Origin: Atractiella rhizophila
Lineage: Eukaryota
Length of the DNA: 64,000 bases
Assembly: GCA_021432655.1 (NCBI GenBank)
Contig: MU271190.1
Location: forward strand, 77,866-141,865
Direction: 5' to 3'
A program made the position numbers and the translations under genes. Numbering within the stretch: position 1 is the first letter of the stretch; each line of letters opens with the position of its first letter. Below are positions 48,886-63,189 of the stretch, in pieces. Below the pieces are notes generated by a model that was given only the letters and a program-made list of their open reading frames with translations, was not told the origin of the DNA and did no database searches.

Positions 48886-51800
48886 GCTTGACTAGAGCCC
48901 GCAAACGCACATTAAACGAGACAACAAGGGGAGAGATCGGATCATGCCTGCAGGGCATCAGTGCATTGTCCAACTTGAACCATCTCGACATTCTCCGCGA
49001 AATGATCAGACTGATCAAATATCACCAATCGTGAAGATAGAGATCGCATAACCGTTTGTGGGAGTCGATGGATTAGGCGACCGTTTGCGATTAGGATGGT
49101 GGTTGGGTGGAAGGTAGCGTCCGGACGTTGAAAGCTTTGGTTCTAGAGCACTAGACTACCAGATAGTGTCATAGGGCGTCCTAGCATATGTAAAGGAACT
49201 GAAATCCTTTGCAATACTAGCACCTAAATTACACTGCAATTCAAACGAGAGCCAGAGCAGAACACTTTGATATTGATGCTTCGTCCCCTAATGATCTGAC
49301 TGTGAGAAGGAAGGCTGGATCGATAGGGCTGGGACAGCCATGGACGGCAGTTACCTATCTGGACGACAGAGGAGGCAGAAGAAACTATTGGCGAGAACAT
49401 AGATGACACTTGAGTCACGAGCGAGAGAAAAGAGGGATGGAGGACGGAGCCTCAGGAGCACAAGACGACCAACCTAGATGTCCACTTGTGGTCCCTGATG
49501 CAACACTGCACACTTTGTCCCCTCTTTCTCCATCAGCCATTTCATTGTTGCCCTCAATATCATGAAGCAAGCGTCGGTGGAAAAGAGCCATGAAGTGCAA
49601 GCCGGAGTGCGATTGAGGGTGGGGTGCGAGAGAGAATAGGAAGGCGGCATGGGGACACGGGGAGGCATAGGATGACGAGGGATGGCGAGGGAGTGCGAAC
49701 GGACCGGCGAGACAAAGTGTGACGCAAACCTGCGACATCTCATCTTGACTATGGACCCAGTGTCACTTCTTCCTTCCGCTTTCGCTATCGAACGTTTAAC
49801 CTCCAGTCCCCGCTCAACTTCCGGGCTAGGGGCCTGTGGAGTGCGATAGGAGGGAGAGTGAGACTGCCAGGAAAGGGGAGCGGCGGAGCAAGGGACCTAG
49901 TGTGCATGGCAGTTAAGACACTTGGAGCGGGGAGAGAGGAAGGGAGAAACGAAATACACTGCCAGCAGAAACAAAACCCCAACAGGCCAGAATGCGAAAG
50001 AGGCGGGGGCGTTGGTGGAAGGCGAAATGAAGCGTGAACGTTAGCGGAGAGGGATGAGAGGTGGTGCGAGAGGGTATCTGAGGCGAAAGGACATGACGGA
50101 GAGTGGGACAGACGCCAGGACAATCCTTCTCACGTCTTTCTTCCATCACCCACCACGTTCCCTTTATTCCCCTCTGTCCACCGTTCAGCCATTTAATGTG
50201 TCCCCTGTGCTCTGTATTGATATTAAATGACCAGTATGCGAGGTAAAGGCTTCAGTGGAGAGGAGGTGACTTGTCTAAGCAAACAAGCCGCGATGGCGAA
50301 AGTTGGCGGCGTGAGTTGGGGCTTGGCGGTGTCGCAGTCTTCCATCAAATGCCCTACGCTTCGCGGTTGGTTTCTAATGTCTAGTGCGAAGCAAGGCGAA
50401 GGACGTGGGCGTGAGGGATGATGTTGGAGAGCGAGGTGAAACGGGAGGGCAATGGTGGGTGAGAGAAAGCATACCATGCTCATCCGACGTCAATCCTCAA
50501 TCTGCACCGTTCTGTCACCTCCGCCTCTGCTTTCGCGATCCGACGTCCAGCTTTCACGCGCCGTTCGTTGCGGAGTGCACAGAAGTTGCTGGAGGAGCAG
50601 AGGAGGACGGATGGCGAGAGTAGCACGGAAGCGAGGCAAGAGGGATGTTGGAGCGAGAGGGGCAGGTGTACGGGAAGCGTGAAAGGGGGACAGATCGGAG
50701 CAGGTAGTGAAACTGGTGCTGGACGGCGCTGTCCTGTCTCCTTTTTGCATCCCACGCTTCCCTCGCACTGCTCTCTCGTTTCGAAGCCCCATCACCGAAG
50801 GTGACTCGGAACAGTGGGAGGGTAGACGGGTTTTGTGCTGGGTCGGCGAAGCAGGAGTCAGAGCAGTGATGAGCGTACAGGGTGAGGGGACGAGGAATCT
50901 GATCCTTATGTCATCAAGCACAAATGCAAAAGAGGGAGAGGGGGAGGGAAGGCACCTCTTCTCTCGCACCTGGCTTTGCTATAAAAGTGTTAGCCCTCCG
51001 TTGACTATAATTGGATCCATACCTGGCCTCTCTTTCGCCCTTACTCGCTCGTTCTTGCCCTCCACTGCACATCGCGTGCATCCTTTGTCGTGCTATGCCG
51101 TCCTCAGGCGCACTTTCACTGGGCAGCAGATCAGCAATGCTCGCATCTTCCTTTTCAGTCAGTGTTGTCTGTCGTGGTCTCGTGCTTCGCTCTCCCCTTT
51201 CCATCTCTGTCACACTTCAACTAACTTTTATGTACGATCTGTTCACAATGCATCTCAGTTCCCCTTCCTTCTTCGCACTGGTTGTACTCGTCCATTCATT
51301 ACTCGCTTACGCCAGCGCTACCAATTACATAAGCCTTCGCGTGTGGGAACAGTACGTGAGCAAAAAGGATGACGGTGGAGGATAGCTGAGGTGAAAGAGG
51401 AACGTGGAAGAGAGCGGAGCTGGAGATGACGAAGTAGACTGAAACAGGAGAGGGACACCAAACCAGCCAAAATGAAGGAGACCGGGGACGGTGAGAGGAT
51501 GCGAGATCGAGAGAGGCGAAGAGCCTGTGAGAAAGGAGCGAACTGAAAGGGTGAAGGGCGGGAACCAGGAACGACGGCCGAGATATAATGGATGAGGAAT
51601 GAAGGATAGAAGGCGTGAAGAGCAGTGGGTGTGTTGGAGACTGCACGCAGAGGGCGGTGGAGTAGACACGAAGACACAACAAGGTGGCGATCGTAGAAAA
51701 TCTTTCAACTACGTGACACTTTTCGTGCAACGATCTACCCAAACAAAGACTGTCGCGATTTACACCTCACCGCCGTGTTTCCCATTCCCGTATGGCCTTT

Positions 51801-52887
51801 GACAAATTCTTAGCTAGACTAGACTGAGGGACGGAGTCGACAGGAATGAGACTGAGAGGAGGCTAATCAACGGTGCCAATTTGTGTGTTCTTCAGTTCTT
51901 GAAGCAAACTGCCAAGGGAAGCATTGAGTATACTGTGATATGTCGAATGCTGCTGAGAACCTCTGAAAGAAGAATTGCCGCCAGAGACTTATGTACAGAC
52001 TTGCAGAGCTGATTGATGCTCTCCTGTGCTGTAAACAATGCTTCGCATCCATCTCTCCCATCGTGTGAGAGAGAAGGCAACACATCGCTCTCTGGACTTC
52101 GTGCACAGTCTACAATGTGATGCCTTCGAGCCGTCCTTGCCTTTTTACATGCATGGAATGTTGGCTGCGGGAGATTCCAAGCAGATAAAGAATGTTAAGA
52201 AGCAGTGAAGATTTTCTGCAAGCTCATGGTCACGTTGATGGGCAGGCATCAAATCGTCATTCCCAGTGAGCAATGGCCTATGCCAGTCACTCCTTTCGTC
52301 CAGATGCCAGGCAAAAGCGCCAGTGAAAGATATCAGTCCAGCAGAGGCTCCTTTGACTGCTCTTCTCATTTCCACATTCGACACGTTCCTCACCCATATC
52401 GTGCGTTCACGGATATCATGATGAGTGATTACCGCCTCTCAAAAGATCTCGCTTTCACGACAGTTAAATGAGGGGTAGATGATTGGTATGTTGGAATTGT
52501 GCATACAAACCTGGAGCCGGAGGACGTGGTGGGAATATGTGCCAACATGTTGGAGCACAGGACGTGGGAGGGAAGAAGGTAGGCGAGGGAGTATCATTCT
52601 TGATCTTGTCTATGACGGGGAGCGAGAGTCTGCTCGCGTGAATGGATATCTTGAGTGCGTTTCTTTCTGTTTGTCCCTAGTGAACACTGATGGAGGCAAA
52701 ACTACATGAGATTTGGGCCTTGAGAACTCCACAAGTACGAGGGAGGATCACCGGGAACTGAACGTATTCTAGTCGTGTTCCTAGCCACCCATTTTCAATA
52801 CCGTGTTATTATGGTGAGGGAAACAGACTGTGCAACTTCCTCTCTTGTCCCCCCTAGAATGTGAGTCAAATACGAGTATCTCCAGCA

Positions 52888-54607
52888 TCATTCCTCCCCA
52901 CCCTCCCGAACCCATGTATTTATATCCTCCTTGCTCACCCCACACTCAATCAACATGCTCCTAGCCTTGCATATCTCTTCCTCAAGCCATCCTCCAAAGA
53001 ATAGCCGAACCCTCAACTGGCGTCCTCTCATCGTCTTTATCTTTTCAGCTCCATCCTCCATATCTTCATCCTCCTTCACCCCCCTGTCCCCAAAGAACCA
53101 ACAGATGAAGTCTGAGAATACAAACCCTGTCACTTCCCAGTCAACCACACAGTACCGAACATCTATGATGCTCATCGATTTTGCATTTCTGAGGCAGTGG
53201 AAGAACTGGGGAGAAATGAGGTTTGAAGTCTCCTCACGACCGTCGAGCTCGACGGTTGTGAGAGCTCGACGGTTGTGAGATGTATGAGGTGTGATAAGTT
53301 GAGTGAACTGGATAGGATGGAGGTTTTTCCAGCAGGCAAGTAGGGGGCAAGCATGATCTCGAGATATTCGAGGAGACGCGGCAGACAGGAGCCTGAGACG
53401 GAGGGAGGGAGGGGACAAAGGTGGGAGAGAATCAGCCGTGTGAGGGAGAGTGGGAGGGACAGTGATGGGAGAGGCGGGTATGTGTGAAGCGTTAGGCCTT
53501 CGAGGTCAGATGATAATTGAAGGCCTAGTGATGGCGACGAGGCAGAGTCCTTGACATCGAAAGCACGAAAGGTTCTGATCCTGTCACCCATCCTCTGCAT
53601 AAAATTCTCGACCTCATCCTTCTTCCACTTTCTCAAACCTCGCTCTCCAAAGGTTACCTTATTCAACTTCCTCAAGCCTTCAATTGCATGCAACACACTC
53701 TTCGCCTCCTCTTGATTCCAAAATGCATCCATATAGACGCCCGTAACATTCGGCAAGCCAGCGATGACGTCTTTCGCCATCTCAACGCTGATGTCATCGT
53801 CAAGCTGTTTCATAAACCAGAGGGATGTCCACAAATATCCAGCATTAGGATAAGCTGTCAAACGAGCATGCTTCTCCTTTACAGAAACATCTTCATTCAG
53901 ATAAGGGACTGAAACAGCCCTCCAAAGCTGACAGACGGCAGAAAGTCGCTTGAAGGAAACGAGATATCCAGTACCATCTATGAGCCCTTCAGATTCATCG
54001 AATGAAAGAAGCTCGAAGATGAGTGAGAGGATCTCAGGAGGAAGGTGTGTGATACTGCATAAACTAATGCCTGTAGGTTGAGTTGTGGAGAGGGACAGTT
54101 GGATGGTTGTCCCCAGACAGGTGGATGGGATGATTGCTTCCTCCCATTCACTGAGAGGAATGAAATGCTGTTGCTCCTTGGAGTATAGGGCAACAGGTTC
54201 AAAGAGGACCTGAGAGCATTATCTGGAAGATGAAAAGTGCATGTGAAGGGCTTCCGAGACAGGCAGTCCAATTCCACGGATGCACGACGTTTGGTATCCC
54301 CAAAAGTTACCATAATACTTTTCTCCTCCAACGCAATGCAAAAAATCACTGCACCGTCGGGTTCTGCTTTATTTTCATGACCTTCCAGAGAGAAGTAGGA
54401 CGATTTCGAGGGTCCATACTTGAGCTTCCAGAATCGAATAGGTAAGACGAACTTGATCCGGAGCGTGTGAATTGATGGAGGTAGGCGAGAAATGAAAGAG
54501 GGAAGAATGGAGAGGTGGATCGGAGTGCCATGTTGTAATTCTGCTGCGGTGATGAGATGGATCACGGCGATTGACTCTGTCCCCTGATCATCCTTTGGTG
54601 AAATCAA
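52888..54607 (-). pseudogene. F-box/LRR-like paralog, frameshifted near 54215 and 53260
   Basis: Colinear with the other copies; a 17-bp-period tandem duplication (ctcgacggttgtgaga x2) at ~53248-53280 breaks the frame. Confidence 0.8.
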
Positions 54608-56239
54608 TCGTTCCTTCTCAACGTTTCCCGGAGATGCACTCGACTGAAGCTCACGAATTCATGTCAAATGAGACAAGAGAAGGGGAAAGATCATATCATG
54701 CCTGCAGCGCATCAGCACGTTGTCCAGCCATCCCGACGTTCTCCGTGCAATGATCAGGCCGATCAAGCATCATCGTGAGGAGATCGTAAAGCCGTTCGTG
54801 GGAGTGAATGGGTTGGGTTAGGTGACCGTTTGAAATTAGGACAGATATCGATGGTGTTGGTGGAAGTCGGTGTCCGGACGTTCCAGACTACTTGACAGGA
54901 TTGCGAGGTGGTGCCACAGGTCGTGCTAAAACATGTCAATGAAACGAACTCCTTAGCAATACTAGAATTAAATTACACTGTGATTCAAACGAAAGCTGTA
55001 GCAGAACAGTCTGATCTCGATGCTTCGTCCCACAATGACCTGATTGTGAGAGGAAGGATAGATAGGCAGTTAGGGATCAGAGTGACAGAGGAGGCAGAGG
55101 AGGTTACTTGCCAGAACTTAGATGACACTTGAGTGAGTAGCGGTATGGAGGGCAGAGGCTTAGGAGCATGAGAGGTGCAGGCCTAGAGGTCCACTTGTGG
55201 TCCCTGATCCAACACTGCCCACATTGTCCTCCTCTTTCTCCATCAGCCATTTCATTGTTGACCTCGATATCAGGAAGCAAGTGGGTGGACATCAGAATGA
55301 AGGGTGAACCGCGGCGGAGGTGGAGCGAGAAGGTAAGTGAAACAGAAGGAGTGGGACAGACACCGTGACAGTCCATGTCCTTCTGCGATCACCGATCGAA
55401 TTCGTCCCTCTGCCCACCTTTTTTGTCATTTGCAGTGCCTCCCGTAGATGACCGTACGTGAGAGAAAGGGGGAAGGCTTGGTGAAGGGGAAGGGGTTGCC
55501 TAGGCAATGGTAGGGAAGGGGACGGTACTTCTTCTCTCGTACCTCTCTGCCCCTCCATCTCTGTCACACTTCGCCTTCCATTATGCACCATTCTGTTGGC
55601 AATGCATCTTATTCCCTCCCTTGTTCGCACTGATTGTACATGTCCATTCATCACTTGCCCACACCCCCATCTACCCTCCCTGCGCCACCCAACCCTGTCG
55701 AGCCTGCTCTGTCACCAGCTGTCCAAGTACTTTGGTTCGTACCGACTCCATCACCCGTCGTCTAGGAAGAGTCCATCAGCAAAAGAGGACGATGGGGGAT
55801 AGCCGTGGTGAAGGGTACTGTGGAGGAGAGAGGAGCTGGAGGCGATGACGAAGTAGACTGAACCAGGAGAGGGACACCAGAACCAGCCAGACTGAAGGAG
55901 ACCAGCGAGACGGAAGAGAGGTGAGGCGTGTGACTGCATGAACGAAACAGATGGCTCAGAGTGAGGGTGGAGGGAAGGGCGGCGGACTCGGAGATCGAGA
56001 GACGATGGAGATGAAGGACGGTCGGAGACGGTGTACTACTGAGTGCTTGCGGAGGCGGAGGAGATGAAAGGATGAGTGGTGCTGATGCTCAGTTTCGGAG
56101 GACTAACAGAAAACTCATTCGCTTCGCTTTCACACGTCAAATTCGGCGTTCCCAACGCGCAAGATCTTACGAGACACCAGTCTGTCTTCCTTTCTTTCCT
56201 ATGTTCAACTTGCAACTAATCAAAAAATGGATGCAGGAT

Positions 56240-57150
56240 CCATGCAAGAACATCTGTGGTTCCGACGACCGCTATTGGCAACCATTATGCAGCAATGCAT
56301 CTTATTCCCTCCCTTGTATTCCTTTCCTTCCTGCGTCCACCTTGCGGCTAATGAAAGGATGGATGCAGCATCCACGCAAAGGCGTCTGTGATCACGACGC
56401 GTGGATTTCAGCATCAAAGTAGCTATGGTCTAGGGTCACAAAACTGCCAACGTAGTCATTGCTAGTATCACCTCTCCCCTCTCGTCTCTCATCCACTTGC
56501 GAAATGAACATGGTTTTGCCCCAAAGTTACATACCTCAAGAAGGGAGATCGCGTCGCACTTGAGCCCATAGAGAGACTTTTAGGGGTTATGCGAATGCAA
56601 GAGGGGAACGTATGAACTATGCGCTGCCATCGCGTCTGCAGCCACTCCTCCTTTCGTCCATCATTCCTCTTCCTTCTGTCCCCTCTGTGGTACATGTTGG
56701 GGTGCTAACTGCATTGAACAGCAGGACGGAACCCTCCAAGGGTTCTACTAGCTCCGAGGGTATTGTACGGACTCTCCCTCTCGTCTACTCCTCTGCCCAA
56801 TCGCGACTTATCACGTCTGTACTGGAAGTGCCTGCAAACTGCAGATGTGCGTTCGATTCCCCGCGCTCCATGGATTATGTTTTGTACGAAACCCACCAGA
56901 AAGAAGTTTTTCTGGAAGAGTCGATGGTCGCATGGCTCTCTGTGGCAGTTCAAAGCTTGGCACGTATCAGTGGATAAAAGCTGGCTTGAATGTCGCCGCC
57001 TGAGGGTTCGTCTCCCTCCCTCGACTCCTCCTCTACCTGTCAAAAAAACAATAATAACGTTGTTGTGAAGAGCCGGTCCCGTAGGACTCCTTGCACAGGC
57101 AGTCGGGAAGGCGTTGGCGCGCTAGAAGGATAATCGCCGTCGACATTCAT
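56240..57150 (+). pseudogene. Sorbitol/xylitol dehydrogenase relic, copy 2
   Basis: NICGSDDRYW, LKKGDRVALEP, LSVAVQSLA, GPVGLLAQAV. Confidence 0.7.
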
Positions 57151-57950
57151 GAGCGGCAGGCTGGCTTCGCAAACATGTATGTGGGATCGGAGATTTGTTA
57201 AGAAGACTAAGGGACATTTTCACGGCTTCTGTTGTTCAAGGCGGGTTTTTTAACGGAACACTTCTTTGACTAAGTGTCAAACTCAGTCCGAACGCAACAA
57301 AGAATGTAAACTGCTGCTGAGCACGTAAGTTTCTACTCGATGAATCCTCTTGTCTTCCTCGACAGCAGCTTCTAGCTTCCACACCATATTGGTACCATGG
57401 TAAGGTACTTGGGAAAGACCATCATATATAAGGTAGAAAAACAAGGAATAAAGGAAGTATCAGACTCTCAACGTACGTGCCTCGACGTTCCAAGTAAGCA
57501 ATTGCATAGGCAGCTACTGCTAAAGTTAGAGCAGGAGGGGTAGGGCAGGATGTCGCTTCGTAGTACCGGTCCAAAGTTGAAACACTGTACTTCCGCTTCC
57601 CTTCTCTCCTCCGCTCGGACATAACAGAATTTCCACGCTTAACGTAGGGACTTGAACTTCGCTACACACTACTCGCCGAGTCGTCACATGCACCGGGGAA
57701 TCGCTTGGTTAGTTAACAAACGGGTACCGTAGGACAAGCATAGGTAGCTCGTTTAGTTATAGATTCTTTACAGTCTTGTTGCAATACCACGTTCGCCATC
57801 CTCCCTCCTACCTGACCTTTCTGGACAACTACCAGTGGAGGAAGCACCTCTACCGTCACTGCCCGTGCTTCGCGTCTGTCTTTCTCTACGTACTCTGTTC
57901 AGTACATCTTCTCTGTAGTCTCCACCTGCGTACAAACCCTCCGCACTTTA

Positions 57951-58468
57951 NNNNNNNNNNNNNNNNNNNNNNNNNNNNNNNNNNNNNNNNNNNNNNNNNN
58001 NNNNNNNNNNNNNNNNNNNNNNNNNNNNNNNNNNNNNNNNNNNNNNNNNNNNNNNNNNNNNNNNNNNNNNNNNNNNNNNNNNNNNNNNNNNNNNNNNNNN
58101 NNNNNNNNNNNNNNNNNNNNNNNNNNNNNNNNNNNNNNNNNNNNNNNNNNNNNNNNNNNNNNNNNNNNNNNNNNNNNNNNNNNNNNNNNNNNNNNNNNNN
58201 NNNNNNNNNNNNNNNNNNNNNNNNNNNNNNNNNNNNNNNNNNNNNNNNNNNNNNNNNNNNNNNNNNNNNNNNNNNNNNNNNNNNNNNNNNNNNNNNNNNN
58301 NNNNNNNNNNNNNNNNNNNNNNNNNNNNNNNNNNNNNNNNNNNNNNNNNNNNNNNNNNNNNNNNNNNNNNNNNNNNNNNNNNNNNNNNNNNNNNNNNNNN
58401 NNNNNNNNNNNNNNNNNNNNNNNNNNNNNNNNNNNNNNNNNNNNNNNNNNNNNNNNNNNNNNNNNNNN
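57951..58468. other. Assembly gap (N run)
   Basis: 518 consecutive N. Confidence 1.
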
Positions 58469-58557
58469 GTTAGTGTTAGATGTAGAGGGGTACAAACTGT
58501 GCAGCTTCCTATCGTGTCTTCTCTAGAACGCGAGTCAAAAGCCTGAGAATCTCAGTG

Positions 58558-60270
58558 TCACTCTCCACCTTCCCGAACCCATCTAAAGTCGTCATCCTCG
58601 CTCACCCCACACTCACTCAACATGCTCCTAGCCTTGCATATCTCTTCCTCAAGCCACCCTCCAAAGAATAGCTGAACCCTCAACCCGCGTACTCTCGTCG
58701 TCTTCACCTTTTCAGCTCCATGCTCCGTATCCCCCTCCTCCTTCACCCCCCTGTCCCCAAAGAACCAGCAGATGAAGTCTGAGAATAGGAACCCTGTGAA
58801 TTCCCAGTCCACCACACAGTACCGAATAACTATGGTTGTTATCGCTAGGGCATTTCTGAGGGAGTGGAACAACTGGGGGGATTTGAAGTTTCCTCACCAC
58901 CGTCGAGGTAGAGTCCGGTGAGATGTTTGAGGTGTGATAGGTCCAGCGGAGTGGGTAGGATGGAGATCTTTCCATCAGCCGAGTAGGGGCCGAGCGTGAT
59001 CGCGAGATCTTCTAGGAGAGGCGGCAGACAGGAACCTGAGACGGCGGGAGGGAGGGGACACAGATTGGAGAGAAGCAGCTGAGTGAGGGTGGGTGGGAGA
59101 GAGAGCGATGGGAGAGGCGGGTATGTGCTAAGCAGTAGGCTTTTGAGGTCAGACGATAATTGAAGGCCTGGTGATGTCGACGAGGCAGAGTCCGTGACGT
59201 CTTCAGCACGGAAGCTTCTGATCCTGCCACCCATCCTCCGTGTAAAATTTTCAATCTCATCCTTCTTCCACTTTCTCGAACCCCACCGTCCAAACATTAC
59301 GTCATCCAACCTCGTCAAGCTTTCAATCGCATGTAACACAATCTTCGCCTCCTCTTCTTTCCACAATGCATCCATGTACACGTTCCTAACGTTCGGTGCG
59401 CCGGCGATGACGTCTTTCGCCATCTCACCACTGATGTCATGTTCCCTAAACCAGAGGGATGTGCACAAACGGCTGGCATTAGGATAAGCTGTCAAACGAG
59501 CATGAAACTCCTTCATCTTCATAGAAACATATACACTTAAATACGGGACTGAAACAGCCTTCCAAAGCTGACAGACGGCAGAAAGTCGCTTGAAGTCAAC
59601 AAGATATCCAGTACCTTCTATGAGCCTTTCAGATTTGTCGAATGAAAGAAACTCGAAGATGAGTGAGAGGATCTCAGGAGGAAGGTGCGTGATACTGCAT
59701 GGACTAATACCTGTAGGTTGAGTTGTGGAGAGGGAGAGTTGGATGATTGTCCGCAGACCGTTGGATGGGATGGTTGATTGCTCCCATTCACTGAGAGGAA
59801 CGAAACACTCTTCTTCCTTGTAGTATAGGGTAATAGGTTCAAAGAGGGCTTCAGAGCGATTACGCGGAAGATGAAACGCGCATGTGAAGGGCTGCATGTG
59901 AAGGTCGTCCATATCCACGGATGCAAGATATTTGGGATCCCCAAAAGCTACCGTAATACTTTGCTTCTCCAACACGATGCAAAGAATCACTGCACCATCG
60001 GGTTCGATTCCATTTTCGAGACCTGCCAGAGAGAAGTAGGATGATTTCGACGGCCCATAATCCTCCCTCCAGAAGTCAAGAGGCAAGACAAATGTGATCC
60101 GGAGCATGTGAATTGATGAAGGTAGGCGAGAAAGGAAAGAGGAGAGAATGGAGAGGTGGATCGGAGTGCCATGTTCAAACATTACTGGGGTAATGAGATG
60201 TACCCGTGCGATGGACTCTGTCCCCTGATCATTCTTCGGTGAAATCCATGTTTCCTTCTCAATCCTTCGC
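58558..60270 (-). pseudogene. F-box/LRR-like paralog, frameshifted near 58875
   Basis: ITHLPPEILSLIFEFL...LSAVCQLWKAVS; a small deletion turns ETSNLVSPQFFH into ETSNPPSC. Confidence 0.8.
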
Positions 60271-63189
60271 AGAGAAGATACGCTGGACTGAAGCCCACGA
60301 ATTCATGTTAAACGAGGCAAGGGCAGGGGAAAGATCATATCATGCCTGCAGCACATCAGCGCGTTGTCCAGCCATCTCGACGTTCTCGGGGCAATGATCA
60401 GACAGCACAATCGTGAGGATGGAGATCCGGGAACTGTTCGTGGGAGTCGATGGATTAGGCGATCGTTGCAATTAGGACGGATTAGGATGGTGTTGGTGGA
60501 GTGGGCGTCCGGACGTTGAAGGCTTTCGTTCTCTAGCACTTGACTACCAGATAGTGCTACAGGAAGTCCTAAAATATGTAAAAGTCCTTTGCAATACTAG
60601 TACCTAAATTACACTGCACTTCAAACGAGAGCTAGAGCAGAATGCTCTCATAGTGATGCTTCGTCCGTCATGATCTGATTGTGAGAGGGATCCGGAGGGA
60701 CAAAGGAGGCAAAGGAGGTATAGGAGGCCACTTGTGAGAAGATATATGACACTTGAGTCAGGGCAGGAAACAAGAGGGATGGAGGGCAGATGCTTAGGAG
60801 CACGAGAGCGGCCGACCTAGACGGCCTCTTGTGGTCCCTGATCCGACACTGTCACCATTGCCCTCCTCTTTCTCCATCAGTCATTTTATTGTTGTCCTCA
60901 ATGTCACAGAGCAAGCCCCAGTGGAAAGCAACCCATGGAGTGCCAGCCGTGGTGCGACAGAAGGTGGAGGATGACGGAGAGAGAGAATAGGATATCGGCA
61001 TGGAACACTGGAGAGGCATCGGATGGGCAGGGGGTGGCGAGGGAGTGTGAACAGAGGTGCGAAAGAAAGTGCGAGACGTCCCTCTAACATCCCATGTTCG
61101 TTATCGATTCCTTGTCACTTATGTCCTCTCTTTTCGCTATCCAAGGTCCAAACCTCCAGCCCAAGTTCAACTTCCGGAAGGCATGAGGGACGGTGGAGCG
61201 CGAGAGGAGGTGGAGTGGGACTAGCAGAAAAGGGAGCAGCAGAGCAAGGGGCTCTGTGCGCATGTCAGTTCGGATACTTGTAGTAGGGAGAGACGAGCGG
61301 AGAATGGGAATACACTGCCAGGATCAAGGAAAGCCCCCAGGAGTCCAGAGTGCAGATAAAGGCGGAGGTTTGGTGGACGACGAAATGAGGAACGTCGACG
61401 AGGGATGAGAGTTCGAATGTGAGGGCGAGCGGGAGTGGAGACGCCGGGACTTCTTCTATCTCGGACCGAATTCGTACCCTCTTTCCACCTTTCGCCATTC
61501 GATGTGCCTCTCCTGCTCTGGGGATGATTTCAGATGGGCATTCTGCGAGAGGAGGTGGAAACTCTCGGTGGAGGGCGAACGGTTCCTAAGGAATGGTGGA
61601 GAGCGAGAGAATGGGTGAGTGGGCGAAGACCGCGGCACGACTGGAGTGGGCGAATGACCTCCTTTCTGGCACCATCTATGCGTCACACCTCCCTACTACG
61701 CTGCGCAGTTGACTTGTGATATCTAGGATGAAGCAAGTTCGTTGGAGGCGAGGAACGGCTGAAGCGGCCTTGGGATGTTAGAGAGCGACGTGAAACGAGA
61801 GGGCAACTGTAGGTGAGAGAAAGCATGTCATGCCTACCAGATGTCCAGGCTCAATCCCCGACCCGCTGTCTCACTCCGTCCTCTGCTTTGGCGATCCGAC
61901 CTCCAACTCGGCCTGGCGTTCATTTCGGAGGACAGAAAGGTTGGTGGAGGAGCGAAGAATGATGGATGTCGGCGGGGGTGTAGGGAGAGAGCGATGATGG
62001 AGCGAGAGAGGCAAGAGGTGTGGCGAGGATTACGGGAAAGTGGGATAGGTCGGATGGATCTATTGAGACTGGTGCAGGACGGCGCTTACTGCTTCCTCTA
62101 ACTGCCCTCTCGCTTCGTAGCCTTAGCCTCGGCAGTGAAGGTAAGTCAGGACGCTGAGAGAGTGGAGCAGTGCTGAGGCGGGAGCGGGACGGGGTTGCAG
62201 GGGGAGAGGGGCGATGGCTACCAGGGTGACGGGGGAGAAACCTAATACCTATGTCAGTAAACGCAAATGCAAAAGAGGAAGAGGGAATGGGACGGTACCT
62301 CTTCGCTCGTACACTCTGCCCCTTCAATCCCTATGCACCATTCTGTTGGCAATGCATCTTATTCCCTCCGTTCTTCCCGTTATTGTACTCGTCCATTCAT
62401 CACTTGCGCACACCCTCGCTACCGTCTACCCTCCCTGCGCCTCCCCACCCGGTCGAGCCTGCCTGCTCTGTCACCAGCTGTCGAAGTATTTCGGTTCGTA
62501 CCGACTCCATCACCCGTAGCCTAGGAAGAGTCCATCAGCAAAAGAGGGCGGTGGGGGATAGCTGCGGTGACGAGTGCTGTGGAGGAGAGAGAGGATCCGG
62601 AGGAGATGACGAAGGAGGCTGGGACAGGAGAGGGACACCAGCACTATCCACAGTGAAGGAGACCAGCGAGACGCAAGCGAGGTGAAGCATGGGGCTGATG
62701 AAAGAAACGGCTAGCTCAGAGCGAGAAAGCGGGAAGGGCGGCGGACTCGGAGATCGAGAGACGATGGAGGACGTTCGGAGACGGTGGAGTAGTGACTGCT
62801 GGCGGAGGCGGAGGAGAAAGGACTGCCAGTGATGCCGGTCCCAACTCATCACACGTCGGGATCGGGACGCGTCGCGTTCACACTGACTCACATATTCCCA
62901 AGTGGAGTACCCCCATGGCATCAGCTCAGAAACAAGAAAACAAATAAAGGTCAGAGAAATGAAGAACTCACTTCCCCAAGCCTCTCGCGCACCCACCGAA
63001 GGCTCTCAATCATCGTCCAGATCATCGTCAGCGTCTGTTGAAGACTTCCACTGGTCATCAAGGAAAGTGGTGGACGCAGGTTGCGAATTGCGCGCGCCCT
63101 GCGACCATGGCATCATCTGGGGGGGGTCGTACTAGGTAAGTGCTGACTCACGAGACGCCAGTCTGTCTTCCTTTTCAAATGATGGATGC

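Noticed and set aside
49400..52700. Many overlapping short ORFs (also at 55100-56100 and 60700-63100)
   Set aside because: Purine/pyrimidine-skewed sequence; frames are not conserved between amplicon copies and show no recognisable motifs.
57776..58546. ORFs of 256 and 198 aa
   Set aside because: Artefacts of reading through the N gap.
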